Assembly (NCBI GenBank): GCA_905178155.1
Contig: CAJINV010000005.1
Span: forward strand, 7,996,515-8,060,514
Reading direction: 5' to 3'
Origin: Amoebophrya sp. A120
Lineage: Eukaryota; Protista; Dinoflagellata
Length of the DNA stretch: 64,000 nucleotides
The notes under the pieces were generated by a model. It was not told the origin of the DNA. It made no database searches and saw nothing but the letters and a program-made list of their open reading frames with translations. A program made the position numbers and the translations under genes. Numbering within the stretch: position 1 is the stretch's first letter; each line of letters begins with the position of its first letter. This document shows positions 1 to 12,040 of this stretch, one piece after another.

Positions 1-3000
1 ATCGTTGTTCATTTGTTCCTCGTCCATATTAACATGGTTCTCACCGTCGTCGTCGTCGTCATCCCCCGCCGAGCTGCTCATGGCCTCCAGCATATTGTTG
101 TGGTGGTCCATTTGATCATTTTGAAGATTACTATGCGGGCCCAATAAGTTGTTTGTCCCTTTAATATTTTTCCGTTTCTCTGTGCTGCCCCCGATGTTGA
201 AGCCGGCATCTATCCTGAGTAAAAACGTCCCCACACCAGAGGCAAGATGGGGATTTCGCAACACAAACCTAGAAGCTTTGGGAGTCACGCATGACAAGTT
301 GCACTCCGTAGTGCAGTGCAGGATAGCAAGCGCAGCCGCATCACAGATTCATCTGCTTATCCTGTTCATAGCATCACAAATTCCACAACACGTTTGGAAA
401 TGTTTACCATAGGTATGCGCATCACAAATGTCCTTGCCATTGCAAATCTGCATGACAACTCTGGGGTGGGGACGTTTTTCCTCAGGATAGCCTCGTCCAG
501 CTCGTCATCCGAGTCCGATAATTCAGAAATTTCGTCGGTGTTATCGCAAGAAAAAATTGTTTCACTGTAAACCTGTGATGCATAAAAATGGAACACAGAA
601 ATATTTGTCTTGCTACACATGCAAGAAAGTGGATTTTTAGCTGTGTTTTCCCTTCGGAAGCTTGCATGGCAAATTGGATCTGTCATGTAGAGCAAACCTG
701 TGATGCAAAACCTGCAAAATCCTTACAGTGAAACGCTTTTTTCGTACGATAGGTGTCGACGTCGCTGTACTCTGAAAAGGTGTCCTGCTCTTTCTTGTCT
801 GTCGCACCGCCTCCTGCTCCGGGGGAGAGATGACCGAGTGCAGCAGCAGCATTTGCAGCTCCTGAGGATCCTGGTCCACCTCCAGCTGCTACAAGTTGTG
901 AAAATGCAACACCGGAGTCCTGAAACGTTTTCACCATCAGCCCGGTTGCCGTGTTTTGCACTAAGCCCGTAGTTGTATGATCCGCGGCTGCTGCGTTGGT
1001 CGCTTGCTATGCACTGCAAATATGTCAGGGTCTGGACGATTGCCAGGTTTGTCATGCATATTTTGCATGGCCCATGATACCTGTCACGCATGGCCTAGCA
1101 TCACAGATTTTTGGAGGGCTCCCTGTTGCCTATTCCGCATGAGAAATGCCCTCTTCACGTGAGACAAACGCGACCCCTGCTCTTGCTAGTCATGCACGAC
1201 AGATTTTTTTGGAATTCAAAGACAGCATCACAAGTTGTGACCTTCCAGACCCAGACTACGTATTTGCATTTGATACTTGCTCCGCTGGTTTGAATCCGTT
1301 TTCCACCAGCCACTTGTCGTGCGACTGTTTCCAGGAGTCGAGACTCTGGATGAGCTGCGGCTTGCTGGGATCGGCGTCCAACTCTTTGACTAACTCTTCC
1401 CCGACTTCATCCTGCCACTTGCTGTAGAAATCAAGCTTCTTCTTCTTCTTTTTCGTGGGTACTAAGGAAGCTGTAATTTTTTGCCCAGCAGCAGCTTTGG
1501 AGGTCGTGGCAGCTTTATCTGCTGCTGTTCCGTCGGCCGTGGTCGTGACAGAAGATTTATTTATTTTCCCCGCCACCACCGAAAGCGCGACCTCTTCTTC
1601 CGCTTCCAGTTTCGGAAACAATTTTTTGTCACACACCGCGCCCATTACCGGGTCGCAGGTGCTGCCCCGCTTCCAACTGGTCAAAAATAACTCCGTGTTG
1701 AAATCTTTCAGCACCAGTACTCGCGCGAAGTTGGGGTCCACCGTGGACATAATGGCAACGCACTTTCGCTTCAGCTCCACGATTCCCTGTGAGACCTTTG
1801 TATCAAATGCAAAAGCATCGTACTCGTAGTAATCGCAGTCATGCACCATTACAAATTTTTTTCTTAACAAGGTCAATCCCCATGACAAATTTCATTTCTC
1901 ATGCTGAGGAAATTTGTCATGCATTTATACGAACACGATACTTTTGCAGTTCATACTTTGCCTGCTTGGACGATTTCTGGCCCATATTCGTGGGAAAATT
2001 CAATTTAAAAGCCGACCTTCCCGTAATTTGCCGGTGGTTTTCCGCTATCCTGTGCAAAAGTATCGTACTCGTACTGATTGCAGTCATTCATTACAGATTT
2101 CTTTTCCAAGCTAAATCAGCATGACAAATTCCCTTTCTCATGCTGATGAAATTTGTCATGCAATCACTACTAGTACGATACTTTTGCACAGGATATCCGC
2201 GTGCGTTTTCGGGTCGAAGACTGCCGTCGTCGCCGGCTGCGCCGTGGGCTTCTTACTGTCGTAGCCGAGGGCTTGGAGGAACGAGAGAATTTGAATCGCG
2301 ACCCAGAGCTGGAATTCCGGGGCGGAGAACTGCAGTTGGAACCGGTCCGCATCGGAGCTGAAGCCGACATTTCCGGTCGGTAACCGCGAGGTCAAGGACC
2401 CGATAAAGGAGGGATTTAAAGTGTTGGAAAATTTGTTGGTTGAGCTTAAGTATGCACTGCAAATATGTCTGGGCGGTCTGGAACAATGCGACATTTGTTA
2501 TGCTAGTCTGGCATGACACTAAGCTCTGTATTGCGTCGCCACAAAGAGTGCCCTGTTTATGTTATGCAAAGTGGCTGCTTCTCATGCGGAATACGGAAGA
2601 ACAGAGAGCCACGGAAAAATTAAAATCTGTCATGCTTGGCGGTGCATTACAGTGTGCTTACTTTTCACTGACATGCATCACAAGTTTCCAGACCCAGACA
2701 TTTTTGCAGTTGATATCAAGGGTAAGTTCAGCCCGAACTTCTTGCAATGCCCGGAGGTCACCGCCGGGATCTTTTCGTCGCGCGAGGTCTTGATGTTGCC
2801 TTGCTTCAGCAACACGTGGAAGGGTTTTCTGGGGATGGAGTGCTGCTTGTAAATTTCGGACAAAGCCGTATTGGACGACTTCGACCCGTATGCTCTGCAA
2901 AAGTATCGCATTCGTAGTAATTGCAGGGATGCATTACAAATTTTTTTCGTAACGTAAATCCGCATTACAAATTTCATCTCTCATGCTAAGATATTTGTAA

Positions 3001-6000
3001 TGCATTTATACGATGGATAATACAATGGTTTTGCATTTCATAACCCGGAATTCGAAATCGACTTTGCCTGCTGGTTCATGACCCCGTTGGTCCCCTTGTG
3101 CGTATCCAAGGAAAAAAGTGCTACAGTTACACTTTGTCGTGCAAGACCGGCAACACAGACAACCTTTCTGATGCAGGAAATGCTATGGAGCCTCGTTTCC
3201 TTCCTGTTTTCCCTTGTGATCTTTGCATTGCAACTTTTCTCTGTCATGCAGAGGAAACTTGTGATGCTGAAGTTACAGCAAATGTTGAAGTAGCTGTAAC
3301 ACTTTTCTCGTGGGATAGTGCGCCGCATATTGCCACTGGTTCACCGGTTCTCCGAAGGGAATGTATGCTGAGTAAAAAAATCCCCACTCCCGAGTTGTCA
3401 TGCAACTGTGCAATGACAGGAATCGATTTGTAATGCGCAGCTCCGTGAGAGGCATTTCCAATCGTGTAGTTTTGGTAAATTTGTAATGCTGTAAACAGGA
3501 TGAGAAAGTGGCTTTCTCATGCGGGTTCCGTTGCCAACCAGCACTACACTGCAGAGGGAATCTTGTCATGCACAACTCCCAAAACTTGGAGATTTGTGTT
3601 GCTAGATTCCCAACTTGACTCTGGTGCTGTGGGGACATTTTTACTCAGGATAGAATGTGCTTCGAATTCTTCGCAGAAACCGTCGGCACTTTCGTCCGTT
3701 GCGGGACCATATGCAATGCAAAAGCATCGTACTAGTATAAATCGCATGACAAATTCCCTCAGCATGAAAAATGGAATTTGTAATGCGGATTTCGGTTAAG
3801 AGGGAGATTTGTAATGCATGATTGCGATTACTACGAGTACGATACTTTTGCACAGGATATACCACCGTGTAGTGCGCCTGCACTTCCTGCATGTAGTCCA
3901 GACAAAGGAAGCTATCAAGTGCAAAAGTGTCTGGGTCTGGACGAAAGCGAGATCTGTCACGCAGTTTTTGCCTGGCCCAGATCGTCTAGCATGCAAGCTC
4001 TAGCATCACAGATGTTGAGCAGGTAGAGGTACCCGAATGCCTAATCCGCATGACAAATCCCCTCTTTCGGTAAACAAGAACTGAGGCCTTTTGCTAGCCA
4101 TGCATGACAGATTTTGGCACGATGTAGACTTCGCATCACAAATTCGAACTCTTCCAGACCCAGACATTTTTGCATTCGATAGAAGCAGCTCTTCGCCCAC
4201 TTACTGTACACGGGCGATATTTCCTGCTTCCGCGACGCAGCCTCTTCCAGCTCATTCAGCATGGCGTCGGAATTCAGGTGCTTCATCACGATGTTCCAGA
4301 AGAGGTAGTGCAGCCGCGACGTCTATCCTGAGGAAAAACGTTCCCACCCCAGAGTTCTCATGCAAATGCGCATGCTTAGAATGTTTCTCATGCGGAGCGG
4401 CCCCATGACAAGCCTTTTCTAGTCGTGTTTTGGAATTTGTGACGCACAAATCAGCATGATGGGCTAGGTCTGTGATGCTGATGCTCCTGAACTAGCTAAA
4501 CAGGATTAAGCACAGTAGGAGGCCAAAGAACTTGTCATGCGAAACAGCCAAAGCTGGTTGATTTGTGTAGCAGATATCCCATCTTGACTCTGGGGAGGCG
4601 GGGACATTTTTACATAGGATAACTTCGCGTTGTTCTGCTGCTCCTCCAGGGCCTTCACGCGGTTTATCGCGTTCGCGTTGTTCCGCTGGGAATCCCGGAG
4701 TTGGTGAATTTTCGGCGGGATTTGGAACTTGTGGATATCCTGCTCCGTCAAATCGAACAAATTCAACGCGGATACCACGTTGGTCTTCACAACCGCGTCG
4801 CTCATGTCGTTTCGCGTTTTCCCTGCATTCATCTGTATGGTGAGCAAAGACGTCCCCATCCCAGAGTTGCAATGCAAATCTTGATGCGAAAAAAGAAAAG
4901 CATATTCTAGTCGTGTCTTGGAATTTGTAGTGCTGGAATCAGCATGACATTCTAGATCTTTGATGCTTCTGAACTAGCTAAACAGGATTACACTCCGAGG
5001 GCAAACTTGTCATGCGAAAGAACCAAAGCTGGTTGATTTGTCTAGCAGATTTCCCATCTTGACTATGGGGTGGGGACGTTTTTCCACAGGATAGTCTGCG
5101 GATTGTAGGTATCCGTCACAGCGTTGTGCTTTTTTACCATGTCGTGCAAATCTTTCAACGCCCGCGGGCGCAGATCTTTCGACAGGTGAATCGAACCCAC
5201 TGGATTGGCGAGTACGGACTCGCTGTCCTTGGCCTCGACGGTCTCCATGGGGTTCGTCGCGATCAGCGTGCACACTTTCCGCTTTTTGAGTAACCCGTTC
5301 TTCTCCGACTGCTCCCGTTCCAGCTTCCGCTTTTTCGCGGCTTCCTGCTGTTCCGTCACCTTCGAGGCCACGTAGAAGTTTTTCGGCGGCTGGGGAACGG
5401 GGGATTCGTCCTCCTCGTCGGCCTTGACCCAGGAATACTGCTTTTTCACCATCTGCTTGTTCCGGAAAACGCACTTCAGCAAATCGAGGTACTTCTGCAG
5501 CCTCTCCTCGGGAATTTTCAGGTTTTGGAACATCTCAAACTTCGAAGCGACCTTCTGTTTCTTCGCAGAGGATGAAGCCGCGGTATTATTCCCGGATGAA
5601 TTAACCTGCTTCTGCTCGAGTTTCTGGTCAATCTGCTTCAACAGTGTGTGAAAGCCCTGGACGGTGAAGATGTCTTGCGTGGTCGTGCTATCTTGCAAAT
5701 CCGGAATCAGGCCGGACTGGGTCAACAACTTTGGACCGAGGGACTTTGCCTGCTTGTCAGCCGTTCCCTTTATTTTGGAAGCCGCACTTCCTGCTGCTCC
5801 CGCGGCCCCGGTTGTGGTCTTCGAAGCAGCTCCGGGCAACTGCGCCCCAGCCGCAGCCGGGCTGCTCTTCAACGCGGAGGCTAACACCTGGTACAGAAAG
5901 TTCTGCACAGGCTCACCGTATCGGTTCAGAATGTTTGGTTTTGAAAATCTCTGGATGTTTCGGATCATTTTGTTTTCCAGTTCCAAGCCCTGCTCCAAGA

Positions 6001-9000
6001 CCCGATACGCATCCTGCCGGTACTCGTTGAACAGCTCCAATTTGTCAAAGTATTTCTGCTTCTTTTTAGAAGTCGCGGCAATATCAATAACTTCGTGGTC
6101 AGCATCTTCTAGTACTTCGTCGTGTCTACTAGTACTTCCCTTCGTCATTTTGCCCCCTGTCAGCACGGCGCTTTTAGGCGAGATAATCCCACTGTCCGCG
6201 AGCTGTAACGCGGTCTCGTTGCTTCGGATCTGTTCGTTAATAATGTCCTCCAGATTTTTCTGCGAGTTCAAAGATTGCATCAGCTCGTCGTCGAGATTGG
6301 GGGAGATCAGGTTCTGGTCATGATCTCCCAACTGATGGCCCTCGCCTCTGTTTCGCTGATCCTTGGACTTACTCTCTGACCGCTGCTTGCTTGTTTTCGA
6401 CCCATTGCGAGGGCCGCGCCTGTGCATAACGACGTTTTTACTGCTCAAATCGCTGTCCAACCCTGCAGATTCTTCCCTTCCGGCTGGAGAAGAAAAGATT
6501 TCTTTCCCCTTCTTCAATTCTTTGTACCCAAAGGAATCGAGGTTGAATAGATCCTTGTTTTCCTCTAGTTTATTTTCAGCAGAAGATGATGAGGACGAAG
6601 CGCGCGCCTCTGCTGTCAGCACCGCTTCCATGTCTTTCTGGTTAACTACACCGGACAATGCTGTAGTATTCAAACTTGTACTGCCCTCCTGAGCGAAGGC
6701 AGCAGCCGCGGTCGCAGAGAGCTGAAAGTCGTTTAGATTAAGGTCATCTCCTGCAAGGCTGGCGGCGTCGTCCTCTTGTGTTACCTCATGTTGATCAAGG
6801 CCCAACTCTTCACTCCCCTCGTCCTCCGAGTCGAAATCGGTGCTGGCTGCGCTGCTTTTGCTTCCGCCAATTTGATGTTCCATCACGGACAGGGCAGCGT
6901 CGTTGCCACTTCCCTTGCCAAACAACCACAACCGGTCCCCGTAGGTCTTGATTAAGTGTGCGAGTGCGATATCGAAGAAAAAAACTGTGTTAGTGTAACC
7001 TTCTTTGGCAGACAGCATCACAAATTTGCTCTACATAACAGACAAAACCTGTCATGCGTGGCTTGTAAGGGAAAACACACAGGAGCGGAGGACTTCATGG
7101 CTGTCTGGCATGACAGGCGCGACTCTGTTGCATGCTCTGCATTACAGAGCTACACTTACACTGTTTTTTTCTTGCATACGCGAGGGTGGTTTTGTAGTGC
7201 GCGGAGTACGCGTTTTGCAAAAACAGGGACTGCTGCTTCTTCATGGTTTGGATCTCCAGGTACTCGTTGTTGTTAAACTGGTTCAGGGTGAAGGGCGTGT
7301 TTGCGAGGAGAAAATACTTGCTGTCAAAGTGAAAAAAGCCCTCTCCCCATATTGAAACGGAAATTTCTGGTGCTTGATTTGTGTACTACACAAATCAGCG
7401 CTGTATTGCAGCAAGCGCTTGCAGGCATTTCCTGAGCCTAATTAGGTACTATGCAAAAGGCTAGCACTCAGGCATGACTGACAGCTTTGCAGTAGGCAAA
7501 AGTGCACGACAGCTTGGTTGTGGAATGCGCCAAACGGAAGATCCCATTTGCCTCATATGCAAGACAGAGCTGAGGCTGACTCGTGGTCACAAATCAGCAT
7601 CACAAATTTCCATTGTGAGTATGGAGAGGGGGGATTTTTCCTCACGATACTTGCTGTCGGACCAATCCTCGACCTTCGCGTTGATATCCTGCTTCATACT
7701 GGGCTTCACGTCCGGAAGATGTGCGACCCGGTTGTAGTCGAAGGTCTTCGCGGAAAATTGCTTGGACTTTTTCTTGTCGTTCGAAGCGAGCCGATTCAGA
7801 TCGATCTCGTCGAGGGACAGATCCCGGGACATGAGCGCTTTCACCTTCTTTAACTTCGTGTCGTCGGTATCCTATGTAAAAACATCCCCACACCAGAGTT
7901 AAGATGGGAAATCTGCTAGACAAATCAACCAGCTTTCGCTGTTTCGCATGACAAGTTTGCCCTAATAGTGTGATCCTGTTTCGCTAGTTCAGCAGCATCA
8001 CAGAGCTAGCATATCATGCTGATTCTAGCATCACAAACTCCAAAACGCGAAGAGAAAATGCTTCTCATGGGGCTCCGCATGAGAGACTTTTTTGGCATGC
8101 AGATTTGCATGACAACCCTGGGTTGGGGACGTTTTTACTGAGCATAGTCGGCAGTTGATGTTTTATTTGCTTCCTCTCCAGCAGCAGCTTGGGCTTGGGG
8201 ATTGTCTTCTACTTTAGTATCTAGATCGGTTTTTTCCTCTTTCGTTTTGGTATTGTCCTTCTCTTTCTCGTCCGTACTTGTTGTCCAACCAGTATTACCG
8301 GCTGTGCCATCCTCCACGTTATTCTTTTCCTTCTTCTCTTTATTGTTTTCCTTCGCTTTCTCTTCCTTTTTCTCCTTCTCTTCCGCTAGTTTGCGTTTTT
8401 TTTCCTCCGCCTCGAGCCGCTTTTTCTCTTCTATTACAATGAAAAATGCCCCCACCCCCGAACTTGGGAGCATTTGTATTGCAAACCTTTCCAAATGAAA
8501 CACAACGCCCTCTTGCATCTATCAGCATCGCAGGTTTTCAATCGTGAATGGCAAAAATTTGTATTGCAAAAGACCCCAGCAAGAGCGGAACTTGTCATGC
8601 AAGCGATGCGATACACGCTTACATTCTGCATCCGAAAGGTTCATACTCCTTTCATGCATGGCAAAAAGTTTTCATTTGGAAAGTTCGCATCACAAATTTT
8701 TGCAATTTAGGGGTGGGGGGCACTTTTCACTGTAATATCTTCCTCCTCGAGTTTTTTCTTCTCGATTTCCTCTTTTTTCCGCTTATGCATTGCAAACATG
8801 TCTGGGCTGGAAGATTCCGAGGTTTGTCATGCTGGTCCGGCATGACCCCGTAACTCTGTACTGCGTGGCCACAAACAGGCGCTGCTCTCGCCTGTCATGC
8901 AAAAACACAGTTTCTCATGCGGAATACGCAGCACAGCAGCACGAAAAAACTTGTCATGCTTGGCGACGCATTAATACAGTGCATTCGTCATTGACTGACT

Positions 9001-10753
9001 TGCATTACAAGTTGCAAAGACCCGGACATATTATTTGCAGTGCATACCGCTTCTCTTCCAGCATCTTCTCGACGAATTCCTTGCGCTTGTGGGACAGCGT
9101 GATCTTCTCGTCCTGTCGCAGAACGGCGGTATCTATGCATTGCAAATATGTCTGGGTCTGGAAGAATGCAACTTGTGATGCTGCGTCTGGATTCTACACA
9201 GAACCTGTACTATTGCGTGACCAGCAAAAGAGGTCCGTTTTTTGCTTCACGGAGAGGGCATTTCTCATGCAGTACAAGCATCAGAAAGCCCTCAAAAATC
9301 TGTGATGCTAGGGCATGCATCACAGACATTATGGGTCATGCGAAACATGCATGACAAGCGCTGCTTTTTTCCAGACCCAGACATATTTGCATTTGATAGT
9401 ATCCGCAGTTTTAATCATGATGTCCATTTTGGAAACCAGTTCGATGAAACAGCAGTGGAAATTCTCGAAGTTCCCCTCGTGCGCGTACTTCACCACTTCC
9501 TGGAACAGGTCGAAGGCCAAGTGGGTCATTGCGAGGAACTGATTTTTATTTTCATGGGTTTATTTTTGCATTTTTCAAAAGGTCCTACTCCTTGTAGAAG
9601 CAAATCTGCATCTTCACAAAGTCCTCGTCAAAGTCATCAAATGATAAAACAAGTTCACTATTACCAGGTGATATTCTCGAGTCCAGTGCAAGTCTTCCGT
9701 GTTGCCGTCCGCTTCAACATCCTGTCCCCCAGCAGCTACAACGCCACTTACTATTTCCTCTCCACTACTAGCCGCGGAGGAGGTGAAATTGCCGGCGATT
9801 TGGTCCTTCCTCGCACTGGATGATCCGATCAAGCACCCAAGCGTTTTCCGGAGCTTCGCAAATTCCGCGTCGTCAAATGCTTGCTCAGTGGAGAGAAACT
9901 GCCCGAAGCCGATGATTCCGTTGCCGATGAAACTCAGCACCGCTTCCTCGGCTGTGACGGACAGATTGTTTGCCGAGGACAATACTGCAGACAGGTCGAC
10001 AAGATGAGAAGTTGTGGCATCATCATGATCCTGTTCTACTTCCCGACGAGTAGTTGTACTAGCATCGCCCCCTGGCGGAATTTTCCCAAGCAAAACCTCT
10101 TGTATCAGCTTGATCATATCAAATACAAATATGTCTGGGTCTGGAAGGATGCAAGGTTTGCCATGCTTGTCTGGCATGACTGAAGAGTTTGTGATGCGTG
10201 TTCAAGAAGAGACCCGTTTGCTTGTCATGCAAAAACGCAGTTTGTCATGCGCGAAGAAGTGCAACACTAAGCCGCGCAAATATTTCTCATGCTTGGCTGT
10301 GCATTACAGAGCATTCACTATTCACAACCCAGCATTACAAGTTTGAGTTTCCAGACCCAGACATATTTGCAATGCATAGATCAGGCACGGCTCCAATTTG
10401 AGGCGGATCTGCGCCGCGAAATCGAAGTCCGCTGTGGGGCTAGAAGTTGATGCTGTATTATTTCCTTGCAATACAACATCGCCACTGTTGTTGCTTCCCC
10501 CAAGCGCCGTAGTACTATCGGTGCTAGCCGCGGCCTGCTGTAGTGCGGCTTCGGTTTTTATCACCTCCGCTAGGGTCTGCAGAAACGGCAGCGAGGCTGA
10601 CGTGCTCCTTGATGTCGCTGTAGTTCTTGTGCGAAGGTGGTCGCTTTGATGTTCCTGCTGGAAAGAGTTTTTCACATCCCCTGCTCCGTAGCACTGCGCG
10701 CAATAGTCCGCGTAGGCGGAGCGGAACCGGGCGGTAATAGCGGTGTCGTTCAT
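1..10753 (-). CDS. Large hypothetical protein (low-complexity, coiled-coil segments), multi-exon, 3' end beyond window
   Basis: ATG at 10753. The frame stays open through 20 TIR elements (each removed with 5 nt) and one GT-AG intron (9539-9664). Longest exon about 5094-6969. No recognisable domain. Confidence 0.8.
211..489. mobile_element. Introner family B (TAT-N7-AAAAACGTCCCCAC TIR)
   Basis: TIRs; TSD gcatc/gcctc. Confidence 0.9.
542..751. mobile_element. Introner family C (AAAAA..GTTTCACTGT TIR)
   Basis: TIRs; TSD ggtgt. Confidence 0.9.
1008..1275. mobile_element. Introner family A (AAAAATGTCTGGGTCTGGAA TIR)
   Basis: TIRs; TSD cttgc. Confidence 0.9.
1801..1955. mobile_element. Introner family D (GCAAAAG[C/T]ATCGTAC TIR)
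   Basis: TIRs; TSD ctttg. Confidence 0.9.
2046..2195. mobile_element. Introner family D
   Basis: TIRs; TSD tccgc. Confidence 0.9.
2451..2715. mobile_element. Introner family A
   Basis: TIRs; TSD ttaag/tcaag. Confidence 0.9.
2889..3042. mobile_element. Introner family D
   Basis: TIRs; TSD acccg. Confidence 0.88.
3103..3317. mobile_element. Introner family H (AAAAAAGTG[C/T]TACAGTTACAC TIR)
   Basis: TIRs; TSD gtgcg. Confidence 0.9.
3364..3652. mobile_element. Introner family B
   Basis: TIRs; TSD gaatg. Confidence 0.9.
3710..3859. mobile_element. Introner family D
   Basis: TIRs; TSD gacca/tacca. Confidence 0.9.
3913..4181. mobile_element. Introner family A
   Basis: TIRs; TSD gaagc. Confidence 0.9.
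4324..4621. mobile_element. Introner family B
   Basis: TIRs; TSD acgtc/acttc. Confidence 0.9.
4836..5093. mobile_element. Introner family B
   Basis: TIRs; TSD atctg/gtctg. Confidence 0.88.
6970..7178. mobile_element. Introner family G (AAAAAAAC.GTGT.AGTGTAA TIR)
   Basis: TIRs; TSD tgcga/cgcga. Confidence 0.88.
7322..7649. mobile_element. Introner family E (AAAAATCCCCCCTCCCCATAT TIR); left end TGT
   Basis: TIRs; TSD cttgc. Confidence 0.88.
7868..8146. mobile_element. Introner family B
   Basis: TIRs; TSD gtcgg. Confidence 0.9.
8432..8737. mobile_element. Introner family B variant
   Basis: TIRs; TSD tcttc. Confidence 0.88.
8784..9046. mobile_element. Introner family A
   Basis: TIRs; TSD ccgct. 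Confidence 0.88.
9134..9398. mobile_element. Introner family A
   Basis: TIRs; TSD gtatc. Confidence 0.9.
10117..10378. mobile_element. Introner family A
   Basis: TIRs; TSD gatca. Confidence 0.9.
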
Positions 10754-12040
10754 GGTCTTCAGTAGTTAGATTGTCGATAATACTAGGGTAGTAGTTGTAC
10801 TTCTACTTCGGTTTACAAAATGAAAGCCTTTTATTAAAACCCTCGTCGCTGTCGCTGAAATGAAAAACAAGACCCGCCAACATTCTTATACTACAGCTTC
10901 TTGTTCTTTCTGTGTAAAAATATCAGCTACTAGTTGACAAAAATGTTGGATGTAGTTGTGGTCGCTGCTGATACGATCATCGATTGAGAGGTCGGCGAAA
11001 TTGCAGCCCTAGTGTAAATCGTCGGTCGTGATCATGAACTTCTAAGGACACACTTTTCAGGGAGTCGTTTATCACTAGTTCTCTTTTTTCGGTATAAGGC
11101 TTTGGAACATGGTCAAATGCGGTAGTTATGCAAGCGAAAGAGACAGACGTGCGGATCTCGTGTCAGAATGCGATGTTGGATCTGGAAATACTTGTTCAGA
11201 GTGGTCGGTGCCGTGTAGGAGCATTGTACCGGCGGAAGTTACTGTTGCTAGGTTGTTTCTTCTATCTTTCACTTTCTTGATGTCGCCCTTGTGTTCAAAC
11301 AAGAAATGACGCTTATATTGATACGTTGAAACAGAACAGATAATTGATACAGATACTAGGTGCTAGAACAAGAACATCCGTGGCGGCCCCACCACGACTT
11401 CTACCTTTCGCAAGACAACGCCTAGTAGTGCGTATTTTCGTCTATATCTGCTGCCAGCGCTGTGGTCAGAAACAACTTTGTGTACAGGGTGTATAAAAAC
11501 GGTTCTTCGCACCACTATCAACTTTTGTACAGGCCAGCCACATCCATGACAGATTTATTTCATTATCACATAAAAAGCCGAAAAAAACTTCTGAAATAGT
11601 ACAACCAAGTGGAGCACCAGAAGGCGCTTGTTTGCTTGAATGTCATGAGTACGTATCAAGTAACAGATGTATGCATTTTTGCTCGTCCTCCTTGTGCATT
11701 TTGTTTGTGTATAGTCGGAGACAAAAAAGCCGCAGTTTTTCTTACATACTGTACAGATGAGATCTTCGGTGATGATCAACATCTACAATAACGGCGAGTA
11801 CAAAAAAGAATTGTGCCGCACAAAGTTAATTTTGGTCTACCTGTAAAAAGATCCTCTGCAACTTGAATACTATTTCAAACGGTCTGTGCTTGATGTAGTT
11901 TTTACCTCAGCTATGAAGATGGACAATGAGAATGATCTTCTTCTTCTTCGAATTCGAAATATCAAATGGTTAAAAGTATAGTTGTAATTGATGCACGTTT
12001 ATTAAATTTTGCAAAAAGTAGTCCCGAAACAAACTCAGGA

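Noticed and set aside
5664-6692. Long plus-strand ORFs (also 14035-14577 and 43703-45127)
   Set aside because: Antisense shadows of minus-strand exons.
211-10378. CRISPR-like repeat-spacer array suggested by regularly recurring repeats
   Set aside because: The repeats are inverted pairs bounding 150-330 bp elements with TSDs, the 'spacers' are in-frame exons, and there are no cas genes.
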